In this document: one piece after another, positions 1-11,192 of the stretch
Layout of the letters: every line of letters begins with the position of its first letter
How positions within the stretch are numbered: position 1 is the first letter of the stretch
Source: Actinomycetota bacterium
Lineage (GTDB): Bacteria; Actinomycetota; Actinomycetes; Nanopelagicales; Nanopelagicaceae
Direction of reading: 5' to 3'
Assembly (NCBI GenBank): GCA_041165825.1
Contig: JBEAMT010000092.1
Coordinates: forward strand, 1 to 49,477
Length of the DNA stretch: 49,477 nucleotides
Made by a program: the position numbers and the translations under genes
The notes under the pieces: generated by a model
Told to the model about the DNA's origin: nothing
Database searches by the model: none
The model's input: only the letters and a program-made list of their open reading frames with translations

Positions 1-368
1 AACTGGTATTCATCAACCATAAAATCTTTACGCAGAATTGGAATATCTACATGTTTCCTAACAGCATCTAAATCGGCAAGTGAACCTTTAAAACGTCTCT
101 CCTCAGTCAAGACGCTAATAACGCTAGCGCCTGCGCTTTGATATTTCTCGGCTAGCGCAGCAGGGTCGGTTATCGATGACAGCTCACCTTTACTTGGAGA
201 TGATCTCTTTACTTCAGCGATCACCTTCATTTCATTCCCACTTAGTGCAAAGTGAGCATCGCGAACTGGAGCTGCTTCTGACATTTGGTCATGAATCTGA
301 CTTAAAGGCTTTCGCCGTCTCGCTAAATCTTCACGCACACCTTCAATAATTGAATCTAAAACGGTCAT
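1..368 (-). CDS. trpC: Indole-3-glycerol phosphate synthase (5' part; runs off window)
   Basis: Manual translation from ATG at 368: [15 protein letters not shown]...[13 protein letters not shown]...[13 protein letters not shown]...[13 protein letters not shown], the TrpC signature motifs. ATGA overlap with the upstream ORF. Confidence 0.95.
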   Translation of the reverse strand, partial: MTVLDSIIEGVREDLARRRKPLSQIHDQMSEAAPVRDAHFALSGNEMKVIAEVKRSSPSKGELSSITDPAALAEKYQSAGASVISVLTEERRFKGSLADLDAVRKHVDIPILRKDFMVDEYQ

Positions 369-556
369 GGTTTTTCGCCCTCTCGCTGAATATCGCTGGG
401 GTCGATTCCATGATCTTGAGCAGTCCAGGAATCAAGTGGTGGCTTATTTCTAGATGGTCGTTCATAACGCTTGGAGATTCGAAAGCGCTTAGATATGAAA
501 ATAGTAAGGGTTCCAACAACGAGAATAGATAGCAAAATTTGAAAGAGTTCAGACAT
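365..556 (-). CDS. Small membrane protein, reduced Trp-biosynthesis-associated (TIGR02234-like) protein
   Basis: One hydrophobic helix plus C-terminal [11 protein letters not shown], resembling the W..LD.G.DPT tail of the family. Sits between trpE and trpC and is coupled to both (TGATG and ATGA overlaps). Confidence 0.7.
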   Translation of the reverse strand: MSELFQILLSILVVGTLTIFISKRFRISKRYERPSRNKPPLDSWTAQDHGIDPSDIQREGEKP

Positions 557-2049
557 CAAAGCTTCACATTCGATCTCATTTGATTTGCCGCGCTAATTGC
601 TCCAAGAACTGCTGCCGCTTTATTGGCACACTCCTGATTTTCAGATTCGGGATCTGAGTCTGCCACGACACCGGCGCCTGCTTGAACGTAAGCAATCTTG
701 TTGTAAATCAGCGCGGTACGGATTGCTATACAGGTGTCGATGTTGCCGGTGAAATCTATGTATCCGATCGCTCCACCGTATAGCCCACGTCTAGTTGGCT
801 CTAGTTCTTCAATAATCTCCATCGCTCTTGGCTTTGGTGCACCCGAAAGGGTCCCGGCCGGAAAAACTGCGAACAAGGCATCGACTGGAGATGCAATATT
901 TGAGAGTTCGCCAATAACTGTCGACACAATATGCATTACGTGTGAGTATCTTTCAATATGCATGAAGTCGATGACTTCCACAGTTCCGGGAGTTGAAATT
1001 CGACCAAGATCATTTCTACCGAGATCAACTAACATCAAATGCTCTGCGCGTTCCTTCGGATCAGCCAATAACTCTTCACCTAAACGGTGATCTTCCTCGG
1101 CAGAGGCAGAGCGTTTTCTGGTTCCAGCGATCGGGTGAACCATAACCTCTTTCCCAGTCACCTTAACTAAAGCCTCGGGACTTGAACCAACGACTTCAAT
1201 TCCATCGGTAAAGCGGAAGAGATACATATAGGGGCTGGGATTATGTAGACGAAGTGCGCGGTAAACGTCTAGCGCATCAGCCTTGCACTCCATAGCAAAT
1301 CTTTGTGAGAGTACGATCTGGAAGGCTTCACCTGCAACGATCTCTTCTTTTGCTTGCAAGACTTTAGATTTAAAGTCATCGCTAGTTACGTTTTGAGTAA
1401 ATTTTGGAGTCAGGCGATCTGGAATCGGATCGATATATCCAGGTAACGAACTCTGTAAATCTGCCTGCATACGATCTAATCGCAATTGCGCATCGTTAAA
1501 TGCCTCATCGATTCTTTCATTACTGCCATCCCAGTTAATTGCATTGGCAATTAAGGTTATTGTGCCTTCGGCGTGATCCATTACCGCTAAATCACTCGTT
1601 AACATAAAAGCGATTTCAGGAAGTGGAATATCTTTCAAACTTTTAGTGGAGAGTTTCTCCAAGCGGCGCACTGCGTCGTAGCCCATGTAACCGACTAACC
1701 CACCGGTTAGCGGAGGAAGCCCAGCAATTTTTGGAGACTTTAGATGAGACGCTGATTGCCGTAACGCTTCAAGGGGATCTATTCCGACTGGCGCCCCTGC
1801 AGGAGCGGTGCCGACCCAAATCGCGCGACCATCTTTCTCACTAAGCGTGGCTTGAGAATGCGCTCCGATAAATGAATAACGTGACCACGCTCCCCCATGC
1901 TCGGCAGACTCTAGTAGGAACGTAGATGGTTCATTTTTAGCAATCTTGCGATAGACGCCTAACGGTGTCTCGCCATCTGCGAGTAACTTTCGATATACAG
2001 GAATAACGTTGTAGTTCTTTGCATAATCACGAAATTCGGTTAGTTGCAT
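556..2049 (-). CDS. trpE: Anthranilate synthase component I
   Basis: LLES, NPSPYM, PIAGT, EHLMLVDLGRND, GTLSGAPK and QAGAG motifs. Confidence 0.97.
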   Translation of the reverse strand: MQLTEFRDYAKNYNVIPVYRKLLADGETPLGVYRKIAKNEPSTFLLESAEHGGAWSRYSFIGAHSQATLSEKDGRAIWVGTAPAGAPVGIDPLEALRQSASHLKSPKIAGLPPLTGGLVGYMGYDAVRRLEKLSTKSLKDIPLPEIAFMLTSDLAVMDHAEGTITLIANAINWDGSNERIDEAFNDAQLRLDRMQADLQSSLPGYIDPIPDRLTPKFTQNVTSDDFKSKVLQAKEEIVAGEAFQIVLSQRFAMECKADALDVYRALRLHNPSPYMYLFRFTDGIEVVGSSPEALVKVTGKEVMVHPIAGTRKRSASAEEDHRLGEELLADPKERAEHLMLVDLGRNDLGRISTPGTVEVIDFMHIERYSHVMHIVSTVIGELSNIASPVDALFAVFPAGTLSGAPKPRAMEIIEELEPTRRGLYGGAIGYIDFTGNIDTCIAIRTALIYNKIAYVQAGAGVVADSDPESENQECANKAAAVLGAISAANQMRSNVKL

Positions 2050-2399
2050 TATTTATCAACGCCCAGCGAAAGTGGGTTATGAAAACAAGTCTTATCGCCA
2101 GTGTGACACGCAGCGCCAACTTGATTTACTTTTAGCAATAACGAATCTCCATCGCAATCTAAGGAAATAGAAATTACTTCTTGGGTATGGCCAGAAGTTG
2201 CACCTTTAACCCAGAGCTCATTTCGGCTCCGGCTCCAATAAGTTGCTTGACCAGTTGCCAAAGTTTGAGCAAGAGATGCGGAGTTCATGTAGGCCAGCAT
2301 TAAAACCTCGCCAGTCGTTGCATCTTGAGCTATCGCTGGAATCAAATCCAAGCCCTCTTTTAGGCGCGCTCTTATATCTGCAGGAAGTGCGGCGCTCAT
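2049..2399 (-). CDS. hisI: Phosphoribosyl-AMP cyclohydrolase
   Basis: YWSRSR..LW.KG.TSGH, DCDGD, ACHTG..TCF. Confidence 0.96.
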   Translation of the reverse strand: MSAALPADIRARLKEGLDLIPAIAQDATTGEVLMLAYMNSASLAQTLATGQATYWSRSRNELWVKGATSGHTQEVISISLDCDGDSLLLKVNQVGAACHTGDKTCFHNPLSLGVDK

Positions 2400-2413
2400 G
2401 TGCTTATTCTGCC

Positions 2414-3187
2414 TTAAGCGGTTGCGTTGTTGCGAATGGAATATCCCTGAGCGCTTAGGTAGCGCTTCACATCGCTGATTCGATGCACCCCGAAGTGAAA
2501 AACGCTCGCTGCTAGTAAAGCATCGGCCCCAGCATCTAGAGCCGCTGCAAAATCTTCGAGCGCGCCGGCGCCTCCGCTTGCTATCAAGGGAACTTTAGAT
2601 ATCGCACGAACTGCAGTAATCATTCCAATGTCGTAACCTGCACGAGTTCCATCGGCATCCATTGAGTTGAGCAGAATCTCTCCCGCACCAAGCGCACACG
2701 CTTTTTCCACCCAGGCCAGCGCATCAAGACCTGCGCTCTGTCGACCACCATGAGTTGTCACTTCAAATCCAGACTCGGTGCGCGCGCGTCGCGCATCAAT
2801 TGAGATGACTAGAACTTGTGAACCAAAGCGATCGGCGATTTCCGCAATTAACTCAGGACGAGCGATCGCCGATGTATTAATTGAAACTTTGTCGGCACCG
2901 GCGCGTAATAGTCGGTCTACATCTTCAACTGAGCGAATACCGCCTCCGACGGTTAGCGGAATAAATACTTGCTCAGCCGTTTTTCGTACTATATCTAAAG
3001 TTGTTTCGCGGTTAGAGCTGCTTGCTGAGATATCTAAGAAAGTTAACTCGTCGGCTCCTTCAACATCATAGAGAGATGCCATTTCAACGGGATCTCCAGC
3101 ATCGACTAAATCTGTGAAGTTAACTCCTTTAACCACGCGGCCATCGGTTACATCAAGGCACGGAATTATTCGAATCGATAGCGCCAT
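2414..3187 (-). CDS. hisF: Imidazole glycerol phosphate synthase cyclase subunit
   Basis: [44 protein letters not shown]. Confidence 0.97.
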   Translation of the reverse strand: MALSIRIIPCLDVTDGRVVKGVNFTDLVDAGDPVEMASLYDVEGADELTFLDISASSSNRETTLDIVRKTAEQVFIPLTVGGGIRSVEDVDRLLRAGADKVSINTSAIARPELIAEIADRFGSQVLVISIDARRARTESGFEVTTHGGRQSAGLDALAWVEKACALGAGEILLNSMDADGTRAGYDIGMITAVRAISKVPLIASGGAGALEDFAAALDAGADALLAASVFHFGVHRISDVKRYLSAQGYSIRNNATA

Positions 3188-3952
3188 TTAACTCGCACCT
3201 TTAGTTATCGCAAGGGCCTCTTGTAATGTAAAAGCGCCTGCGTATAAAGCTTTACCAACTATCGCGCCTTCAACGCCAATTGCATGAAGTGATGTCAAGG
3301 CCTGAATATCTGACAGCGAGGAGATACCTCCGCTTGCGACAACTGGCTTCTTAGTAGCAGCACATACTTCCTTCAGGAGATCAAGATTTGGTCCTTGCAA
3401 TGTGCCATCTTTAGTTACATCTGTAACCACATAGCGACTGCATCCATCGCGCTCTAAGCGTGCAATGGTTTCAAAAAGATCGCCGCCCTCTTTCGTCCAG
3501 CCTCGTGCTGCTAATACATGTCCGCGAACATCAAGACCAACAGCGATGCGATCTCCGTGATCGGCGATAACGCGCGCCGTCCATTCGGGATTTTCTAAAG
3601 CCGCAGTACCAAGGTTTACGCGAGTGCATCCTGTAGCGAGTGCGCGCTTGAGAGACTCGTCATCTCGGATTCCGCCAGAAAGTTCAACTTTAATATCAAG
3701 GCTTCCAACAACTTCTGCCAATAACTTTGAGTTTTCGCCCCTGCCGAAGGCAGCATCTAAATCTACTAAATGAAGCCACTCTGCACCTGCCGCTTGAAAC
3801 TCCAACGCCACTTCTAGCGGTGCTCCATAGACGCTTTCTTGCGCAAGTTCTCCTTGAACCAATCGAACCGCTTTTCCATCCTTAACATCTACTGCGGGAA
3901 GAAGTTCCAAATAATTTTTTTGGTCATTGATTTGTAAATTAATTTGCGTCAC
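3188..3952 (-). CDS. priA: Phosphoribosyl isomerase PriA (HisA/TrpF bifunctional type)
   Basis: [38 protein letters not shown] at 3952 overlaps the hisH stop (GTGA). Bifunctionality is inferred from the actinobacterial family. Confidence 0.9.
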   Translation of the reverse strand: MTQINLQINDQKNYLELLPAVDVKDGKAVRLVQGELAQESVYGAPLEVALEFQAAGAEWLHLVDLDAAFGRGENSKLLAEVVGSLDIKVELSGGIRDDESLKRALATGCTRVNLGTAALENPEWTARVIADHGDRIAVGLDVRGHVLAARGWTKEGGDLFETIARLERDGCSRYVVTDVTKDGTLQGPNLDLLKEVCAATKKPVVASGGISSLSDIQALTSLHAIGVEGAIVGKALYAGAFTLQEALAITKGAS

Positions 3953-4551
3953 AGTGTCCCCACCCAATTTTTGATCAATGCCAGCCCAGCGTCGCCGGAT
4001 TTTTCTGGGTGGAATTGCGTTGCTGCAATGGCACCATCCTCAACCGCTGCAAGAAACTTTTCATTATGGTTGCACCAAGTTTGCACCTGTCCAACCGCCT
4101 TCTTTGCAGCGTAGGAGTGAACAAAGTAAAACGATTGATCTTCAATTCCCTTAAAGAGAGTTGAGTTAGCCGAAACTTCAACGGTATTCCAGCCCATATG
4201 CGGCAGAATTGGCGCATCTAGTTTGGAAATGCTCTCTTGCCAGATGCCAACGCCAGAATGCAGCGCTTCATCTGCATGTTCATCACCATCTCTAAAAAGA
4301 ATTTGCATACCCACACAAATACCGAGAGTTGGACGTTTTCTTTTAACGCGTTCTCGAACGATCGCATCTCCCCCAACGGCGACTAATCCGCGCATACATG
4401 CAGCAAACGCTCCGACTCCAGGAACTACAAGACCCGCCGCATTTAGAGCAATTTCGCGATCTGCGGTAACCAGTACTTCCTCACCGCTTCGTTCAAATGC
4501 CCGCTGCGCAGATCTTAAGTTTCCTGAACCATAATCAAGGATTGCGATCAC
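3949..4551 (-). CDS. hisH: Imidazole glycerol phosphate synthase glutaminase subunit
   Basis: [42 protein letters not shown]. Confidence 0.97.
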   Translation of the reverse strand: MIAILDYGSGNLRSAQRAFERSGEEVLVTADREIALNAAGLVVPGVGAFAACMRGLVAVGGDAIVRERVKRKRPTLGICVGMQILFRDGDEHADEALHSGVGIWQESISKLDAPILPHMGWNTVEVSANSTLFKGIEDQSFYFVHSYAAKKAVGQVQTWCNHNEKFLAAVEDGAIAATQFHPEKSGDAGLALIKNWVGTL

Positions 4552-4553
4552 TA

Positions 4554-5138
4554 TTAAAGCGAACCTTTTGTTGAAGGAACTCCTGCGATTCCGCCATCGA
4601 GAGATACTGCATCGCGAAGTGCGCGAGCAACGGCTTTAAACTGTGCTTCGAATACGTGATGCGCGTTGCGACCTTCAAGTACGCGCACATGTAATGCAAT
4701 ACGAGCTTCGGCAACTATGGATTCCCAGATGTGCTTACCGAGAGTTGTATCAAAAGTTCCGATGAGCTCGACGATTTCAGGCTGGCGATGTACTAGATAA
4801 GGACGACCAGAAAGGTCAACTGCCGCCTGTACGAGAACTTCATCGAGCGGAACCATGGCATCTCCAAAGCGGCGAATACCAACTTTGTCACCAAGGGCCT
4901 CGCGCAGAGCTTGACCAAAGGCGAGTGAAGTATCTTCGACAGAGTGATGTGAGTCGACGTCGATATCTCCAGTTGTCTTCACCGTTAAATTAAAGCCTGA
5001 GTGTTTTCCTAGTTGCGAGAGCATGTGATCGAAGAATGGAACGCCTGTATCAACAGAGATCTCACCAACACCGTCGAGATTTAACTCAACAAGTACTTGT
5101 GACTCTTTCGTTTTACGTTCTACGCGGGCTGTTCTCAT
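4554..5138 (-). CDS. hisB: Imidazoleglycerol-phosphate dehydratase
   Basis: [27 protein letters not shown]. Confidence 0.97.
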   Translation of the reverse strand: MRTARVERKTKESQVLVELNLDGVGEISVDTGVPFFDHMLSQLGKHSGFNLTVKTTGDIDVDSHHSVEDTSLAFGQALREALGDKVGIRRFGDAMVPLDEVLVQAAVDLSGRPYLVHRQPEIVELIGTFDTTLGKHIWESIVAEARIALHVRVLEGRNAHHVFEAQFKAVARALRDAVSLDGGIAGVPSTKGSL

Positions 5139-5164
5139 CTGCTCATCTCCATTAACTTAGCTAC

Positions 5165-6268
5165 TTAAATCTTTTTTAAAATTTCTTTTAGGGCGCTGAT
5201 AAATTGTCGATTCTCGGCCTCAGTGCCAATGGTCATGCGTAAGTGGCCCAATAATCCCACATCCCTGATCAGAACTCCGCGATCAAGAAGTTGGCGCCAA
5301 AGTTGGGAAGGTTCTAAGGCAAAGCCAGAGAAAACGATGAAATTCGCGCTGCTTGGGGCAACACTTAAGCCCATCTCTTCAAGCTCGGAGATTACTCGCT
5401 TACGCGATTGAATCAATGAGGCAACCGTTCCCAGAAGCTCCTCTTGATATTCGAGGGCGACTTCGGCCGCAGCTTGAGTGATTGCGCTTAGGTGATAGGG
5501 AAGCCGAACTAAAAACATGGCATCGATTACATCGCTATTAGCCAAAAGGTAACCAACTCGCGCACCGGCAAAGGCAAAGGCTTTGCTCATTGTTCTGATA
5601 ACAACGACATTTGGATACCTAGAAATCAAAGTTACCGCGGATCTTTCTTCGGAAAATTCGGCATATGCCTCATCTACAACCAACAAGCCATTTACTTCAG
5701 AAGTTGCTTTAGCAAGGAGTTCAATCTCTTCGATTTTAAGTAGTGTGCCGGTCGGGTTGTTTGGCGTTGTGACAAAAGTGAGGGCTGGTTTTGCTTTAGC
5801 AATTTCAGAGACCGCTTTTGCAGTATCTAAAGTAAAATCTGAACGTCGCCCACCATCTTGCCAATCAACTCCAATTACCTTTGCTATCAATGGGTGCATC
5901 GAATATGAAGGAGTGAAGCCAAGCGCTCCCCTAGATCCGAAGGCCATGAATAACGATTGAATGATTTCATTGCTGCCATTAGCGGCCCAAACAGAATCTG
6001 CAGTGAAGTTAGTTCCAGATAGCGTATTGATGAATTTTGCAAGGGACGAGCGCAGAAGTGTGGCATCGCGATCCGGATAACGATTTAATGTAGTGGCTAC
6101 GCGATGAACACGGTCGGCGATCGCTTTTGCGAGATCGGGAGATGGTGCATAAGGATTTTCATTGGTATTTAACGTTGCCTCGGCAGGAACTTGAGGTGCA
6201 CCGTACGGTGAAAGATGAGCTAGATCTTCGCGAAGTGGCAACCACAGTGGCCATTGCTTTGCGCTCAT
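5165..6268 (-). CDS. hisC: Histidinol-phosphate aminotransferase
   Basis: LNTNENP, NRYPD, NGSNE, PNNPTG, DEAY, RTMSKAF.FAG.RVG. Confidence 0.96.
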   Translation of the reverse strand: MSAKQWPLWLPLREDLAHLSPYGAPQVPAEATLNTNENPYAPSPDLAKAIADRVHRVATTLNRYPDRDATLLRSSLAKFINTLSGTNFTADSVWAANGSNEIIQSLFMAFGSRGALGFTPSYSMHPLIAKVIGVDWQDGGRRSDFTLDTAKAVSEIAKAKPALTFVTTPNNPTGTLLKIEEIELLAKATSEVNGLLVVDEAYAEFSEERSAVTLISRYPNVVVIRTMSKAFAFAGARVGYLLANSDVIDAMFLVRLPYHLSAITQAAAEVALEYQEELLGTVASLIQSRKRVISELEEMGLSVAPSSANFIVFSGFALEPSQLWRQLLDRGVLIRDVGLLGHLRMTIGTEAENRQFISALKEILKKI

Positions 6269-7572
6269 AGGTTTTCCAGACGCACAGTCATCGCCTCGCC
6301 GTGTGCCGGCAGATCTTCAGAGTTGGCTAAAGTGATTACAGTGTCAGCGATATCAACAAAGGCCTGCTTTGAATATTCGATGTAATGCAAGCCCCGCAAA
6401 AATGTTTGAACTGACAACCCGCTGCTATGGCATGCACATCCGCCGGTAGGTAGAACGTGGTTAGAGCCAGCCGAATAATCACCTAGTGATACTGGTGAAA
6501 AGCGACCAATAAAGACGGCGCCCGCATTTCGGATCTGCAAAGCATCTTGTGCAGCGTGCTGAGTTTGAATCTCTAAGTGTTCTGCGGCGTAAGCGTTAAC
6601 GACATCTAACCCTTGTGTAACAGAATCAACTAAGATAATTGCTGATTGAATGCCAGATAGGGCCTCGCGAATTCTGGATGTATGTTTTGTGGCAGCGACT
6701 CGGACTTCTAATTCATTTACTACTGAATTAGCTAATGCTTCAGATGTCGTAACAAGTACCGCGGCTGCGATCACATCGTGTTCGGCTTGGCTAATCAAAT
6801 CTGCGGCCACATCAGCGGCTCTCGCGGTTTGATCGGCCAAAATCGCAATCTCAGTTGGACCGGCTTCGGAATCAATACCAATTACCCCACGTAATGCACG
6901 TTTCGCCGCTGCAACATAGATATTTCCAGGTCCTGTAACTAGATCACATTTTTCGCAGATGCCATCCATTCCGTAGGCAAAAAGGGCGATCGCTTGTGCA
7001 CCTCCTATTGCATAAACTTCAGAAATTCCGAGTAACGCGCATGCTGCAAGAATTGTTGGGTGCGGAAGTCCACCAAATTCTTTTTGTGGAGGAGAAGCCA
7101 CTGCAATACTAGAAACTTTAGCGATCTGCGCAGGGATCACATTCATGAGAACGCTACTTGGATAAACGGCGCGACCACCAGGCACATAGAGTCCCACACG
7201 ATCTACTGGGATCCACCGCTCAGTTATGACTCCCCCATCTACAACTTTGGTCGTTGTTTCAACTCGGGTTTGATCTTTATGTACTTTTCGAATGCGGTCT
7301 ACAGATTCTTCAAGAGCGGTACGAACTTTGGGATCTAATTCGGCTAAAGCTTGATCTAGAGCGCTTTGGGGCACGCGAATTGAATTAGGCCTGATGCCAT
7401 CAAAGTCTTGCGCTAGTTGCAGAAGATCTTCTTCAGACCCAGACTTAACTCTCATCAAGATAGGTTCGATAACCTTCATGGCTGATGCAATATCAAGGCT
7501 TGCCCGTGGTATCAATTTTTGATAGCCCGCTTTGGTGAGAGCTTTACCGCGGAGATCTAACAAGCGAATCAT
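6265..7572 (-). CDS. hisD: Histidinol dehydrogenase
   Basis: [44 protein letters not shown]. Confidence 0.97.
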   Translation of the reverse strand: MIRLLDLRGKALTKAGYQKLIPRASLDIASAMKVIEPILMRVKSGSEEDLLQLAQDFDGIRPNSIRVPQSALDQALAELDPKVRTALEESVDRIRKVHKDQTRVETTTKVVDGGVITERWIPVDRVGLYVPGGRAVYPSSVLMNVIPAQIAKVSSIAVASPPQKEFGGLPHPTILAACALLGISEVYAIGGAQAIALFAYGMDGICEKCDLVTGPGNIYVAAAKRALRGVIGIDSEAGPTEIAILADQTARAADVAADLISQAEHDVIAAAVLVTTSEALANSVVNELEVRVAATKHTSRIREALSGIQSAIILVDSVTQGLDVVNAYAAEHLEIQTQHAAQDALQIRNAGAVFIGRFSPVSLGDYSAGSNHVLPTGGCACHSSGLSVQTFLRGLHYIEYSKQAFVDIADTVITLANSEDLPAHGEAMTVRLENL

Positions 7573-7584
7573 GGGGAAAGTCTA
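7573..7584 (-). promoter_or_regulatory. Putative -10 element for a leaderless hisD transcript
   Basis: Minus strand TAGACT-ttcccc-ATG: TAnnnT six nt before the start codon, with no SD. Confidence 0.55.
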
Positions 7585-7639
7585 ACGGTTACAGGTATGC
7601 GAAGGCGCTGCCAATAAATTTTACTTGGCAGGCGCAAAA

Positions 7640-10600
7640 TCACATGCGAACTAAGCAGTCAGGTCCCAAGATTGATTTCAAGTCAGCGCTCAGACTTGGA
7701 GATGCAGTAACTAAGGCATCAATCTTCATAGTGGTCAGAACTCCCTGATCATCGATCTGCATATGTACTTCTCGTTTTCCCGGATGAGATCGCAAAATCT
7801 CTTTCATGCGATCAACTACCGGCGGAGTGCATTGCGCAATCGGAAGAGAGATAAGTAGCGGGCCAACTGGACCAGTTGAAACATCCAGTGGCTTCATCTC
7901 AAGAGCAGTAAAGCGAAGGACATCATCGCGGCGCTCGAAACGTCCTCTAACTGTAACTACCCGATCTTCAATGAGAGTGAGCGCATACTGATTGTAGGTA
8001 TTTGCAAAGAAGAGAACTTCTATGGCGCCTTCCAAATCTTCCAGAGTTACGATCGCCCACGACGCACCTTGACGAGAAACTTTTCTTTGTACACCGGTGA
8101 TCAATCCGCCAAGAATTGCACTTCCATCTTGGACACTCTCATCATTTAAGAGGGCGCTGATAGACATATCGGTGTTGGAACGCAAAATATGTTCTACCCC
8201 AAGTAGCGGATGATCAGAGACGTACAGCCCGAGCATTTCACGTTCAAAGCCAAGTAGCGTTGACTTATCCCATTCAAAATTTGGGATTTCAATCTCAAGC
8301 CCAGAAACTTGAGTCAAGGATTCGCCGCCGAAGAGATCGAATTGTCCGATCGCTTCGGCGCGCTTGGTCTCGATAACTGAATCAATGGCCTCCAAGTGAA
8401 TTGACATCAAAGCTTTGCGGGGATGTTTAAGCGAATCGAATGCGCCACCTTTGATGAGAGACTCGATAGTTTTCTTATTACAAACTTGCGCATCTACCTT
8501 GGCTAAAAAATCTCCAAATGAAGTGAAGGCTCCCTTGGATACGCGCGCAGATTTAATAGAGGCAACAACGCCTTCGCCAACATTTCGAATTGCAGCCAAC
8601 CCGAAACGGATATCTTTACCACGCGGTGTGTACTCGGCATTTGATTCGTTGACATCAGGTGGTAGAACTTTGATACCCATACGGCGACATTCAGAAAGGT
8701 AGAGCGCTGACTTATCTTTATCATCGCGCACACTAGTAAGAAGTGCTGCCATATATTCGGTTGGATAATTTGCCTTGAGATAGGCGGTCCAGAAAGAGAC
8801 GACTCCGTAGCCAGCGCTATGTGCTCGGTTAAATGCGTAATCAGAGAAAGGTATTAGAACATCCCACAAACGCTTAATGGCGGCGGTTGAAAAACCATTT
8901 TCTTTCATGCCGGCTTCAAATGGAATGTATTCCTTGTCCAAAATCTCTTTATTTTTCTTACCCATCGCCTTACGCAAAAGATCTGCACGTCCAAGTGAGA
9001 ATCCGGCAACCTTTTGGGCAATCGCCATTACTTGCTCCTGGTACACGATTAAGCCATAAGTATCACCCAAAATTTCTTGCAGAACTTCAGATAGTTCAGG
9101 GTGAATAGGTTCTACGGGCTTGCGACCGTTTTTGCGATCTGCGTAGTTGTTATGAGCATTTTCGCCCATTGGCCCTGGACGATAAAGCGCAATAACTGCT
9201 GAGATATCAGCGAAAGAATCGGGAGCCATGCTTCGAAGTAGTGCGCGCATCGGTCCACCATCAAGTTGGAATACCCCAAGTGTGTCACCGCGCGATAAGA
9301 GTTCGAAGGTTTTCTGATCGGCAAGAGGTAGATCCTCAAGGATCACATCGATTCCTTGGTTCTCTTTGATATTAATTAGCGCATCATCTAAGACAGACAA
9401 GTTGCGAAGTCCCAAGAAATCCATCTTCAAAAGGCCAGTTGACTCGCACGCACCCATATCGAATTGGGTGATGATCGCCCCGTCAGCTTCGCGACGATGA
9501 ATCGGGATTACATCAAGGAGCGGCTCACGAGAGAGAATTACACCTGCTGCGTGAACTCCCCATTGGCGCTTTAGACCTTCAAGCCCGCGCGCTAGATCGA
9601 CAACTTTCTTTGAATCAGGATCGGAGTTGTAGAGCTCGCGAAATTCGCCAGCTTCACCATGGCGCGAATCTTGTGAATCGAATACACCTGATAGCGAAAT
9701 ATCTTTGCCCATGACAGAAGGCGGCAGCGCTTTCGTTAACTTTTCGCCAATGACATACGGGTAACCAAGTACGCGAGTGGCATCTTTAATCGATTGCTTT
9801 GATTTAATGGTTCCGTAAGTGATGATCTGAGCCACGCGATCTTCGCCATACTTTTCTGTGGCATATCGGATCATCTCGCCACGGCGACGTTCATCAAAGT
9901 CTAAATCGATATCAGGCATCGAGATACGTTCTGGATTCAGGAAGCGCTCGAAAAGTAAACCGTGTTCGATTGGATCAAGCCCGGTTATTCCAAGGGCGTA
10001 AGCGACTAAAGATCCTGCGGCAGAACCACGACCTGGGCCAACTCGAATTCCAACCTTCTTGGCATGTGCAACTAAATCAGCAACAACGAGAAAGTAACCA
10101 GGAAATCCCATATTTGCCATTACATCTAATTCGTAATTTAAGCGAACGCGATGGGCATCAGTTACTTTATCGCCAAAGCGTGCTAGCAACCCGCGCTCTG
10201 CTTCTTTGCGCAACCAAGAATCTTCACTTTCACCCTGCGGCACCGCAAAGGCGGGTAATAGATTCTCACCCTCGCGAAGTTTTACATTGCAACGTTCTGC
10301 AATCAGAAGCGTGTTATCACAGGCATCAGGAAAATCCTTAAATAGTTCGCGCATTTGCGCCGGTGTCTTGAGATAGAACTCATCATTATCAAATTTAAAT
10401 CTTTTTGGATCTGCCAAAGTGGTTCCTGATTGCACGCAGAGAAGTGCAGCATGCGCGGCGGCGTCTTCATGACGGGTGTAATGCAGATCGTTTGTAGCAA
10501 GAAGCTGCAGCTTTAGTTCGCGCCCTAGTTTAATTAGATCTTCTTTTACTCGCTTCTCAATCTCAATATCATGATCCATGATTTCAAGAAAGAAGTTATG

Positions 10601-11173
10601 TGCTCCGAAAATATCTCGGTAATCACTTGCTGCACGCATCGCCTCTCTATAATTTCCCATACGAAGTCGGGTTTGGATTTCTCCGCCGGGGCAACCAGTA
10701 GTTGCGATTAATCCATCTGCATATTTTGAAAGAAGTTCGCGATCCATGCGCGGCTTGTAGTAATAGCCTTCAAGTGAGGCTAGCGATGAAAGTTTAAAGA
10801 GATTGGCTAGACCGTGGTTGTTCTCAGCCAAGATGGTCATGTGCGTGTAAGCGCCGCCTCCTGATACATCGTCATCTCCCCCATCGGCCCATTGCACCTT
10901 CTTTTTATCAAAGCGAGATTCTGGTGCAACGTAGGCTTCGATTCCGATAATCGGCTTTACGCCAGCCTTCACTGCCTGCTTATAGAAATCGAATGCGCCA
11001 AATACATTTCCGTGATCGGTCATCGCAATTGCTGGCATTTCTTGACGTGCAACTTCTTCTACAAGATCGCCAATGCGCGCGGCACCGTCAAGCATTGAGT
11101 ATTCGGTGTGCACATGTAGATGTACAAACGAATCTTTGCTCGCCTTAAGCTTGATTGGGTTTTCGGTTGTCAC
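7640..11173 (-). CDS. dnaE: DNA polymerase III alpha subunit (replicative DnaE1)
   Basis: PHP HLHVHTEYSMLDG, GRGSAAGS, MPDIDLD, KMDFLGL, YAFNRAH, clamp motif QFDLF. No intein seen. Confidence 0.97.
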   Translation of the reverse strand: MTTENPIKLKASKDSFVHLHVHTEYSMLDGAARIGDLVEEVARQEMPAIAMTDHGNVFGAFDFYKQAVKAGVKPIIGIEAYVAPESRFDKKKVQWADGGDDDVSGGGAYTHMTILAENNHGLANLFKLSSLASLEGYYYKPRMDRELLSKYADGLIATTGCPGGEIQTRLRMGNYREAMRAASDYRDIFGAHNFFLEIMDHDIEIEKRVKEDLIKLGRELKLQLLATNDLHYTRHEDAAAHAALLCVQSGTTLADPKRFKFDNDEFYLKTPAQMRELFKDFPDACDNTLLIAERCNVKLREGENLLPAFAVPQGESEDSWLRKEAERGLLARFGDKVTDAHRVRLNYELDVMANMGFPGYFLVVADLVAHAKKVGIRVGPGRGSAAGSLVAYALGITGLDPIEHGLLFERFLNPERISMPDIDLDFDERRRGEMIRYATEKYGEDRVAQIITYGTIKSKQSIKDATRVLGYPYVIGEKLTKALPPSVMGKDISLSGVFDSQDSRHGEAGEFRELYNSDPDSKKVVDLARGLEGLKRQWGVHAAGVILSREPLLDVIPIHRREADGAIITQFDMGACESTGLLKMDFLGLRNLSVLDDALINIKENQGIDVILEDLPLADQKTFELLSRGDTLGVFQLDGGPMRALLRSMAPDSFADISAVIALYRPGPMGENAHNNYADRKNGRKPVEPIHPELSEVLQEILGDTYGLIVYQEQVMAIAQKVAGFSLGRADLLRKAMGKKNKEILDKEYIPFEAGMKENGFSTAAIKRLWDVLIPFSDYAFNRAHSAGYGVVSFWTAYLKANYPTEYMAALLTSVRDDKDKSALYLSECRRMGIKVLPPDVNESNAEYTPRGKDIRFGLAAIRNVGEGVVASIKSARVSKGAFTSFGDFLAKVDAQVCNKKTIESLIKGGAFDSLKHPRKALMSIHLEAIDSVIETKRAEAIGQFDLFGGESLTQVSGLEIEIPNFEWDKSTLLGFEREMLGLYVSDHPLLGVEHILRSNTDMSISALLNDESVQDGSAILGGLITGVQRKVSRQGASWAIVTLEDLEGAIEVLFFANTYNQYALTLIEDRVVTVRGRFERRDDVLRFTALEMKPLDVSTGPVGPLLISLPIAQCTPPVVDRMKEILRSHPGKREVHMQIDDQGVLTTMKIDALVTASPSLSADLKSILGPDCLVRM

Positions 11174-11192
11174 AGTTGCACAAGATTAGTCG

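Noticed and set aside
2049-7572. hisG, hisE, trpG and trpF absent from the his/trp run
   Set aside because: Normal for actinobacteria: hisG/hisE and the amidotransferase lie elsewhere, and PriA covers TrpF.
7604-7635. Imperfect hairpin after dnaE
   Set aside because: Bulged stem without a U-tract on the dnaE strand; a possible pause or terminator, but too weak to call.
7640-11173. Possible intein or split in dnaE
   Set aside because: Length and motifs are continuous, with no intein signatures.
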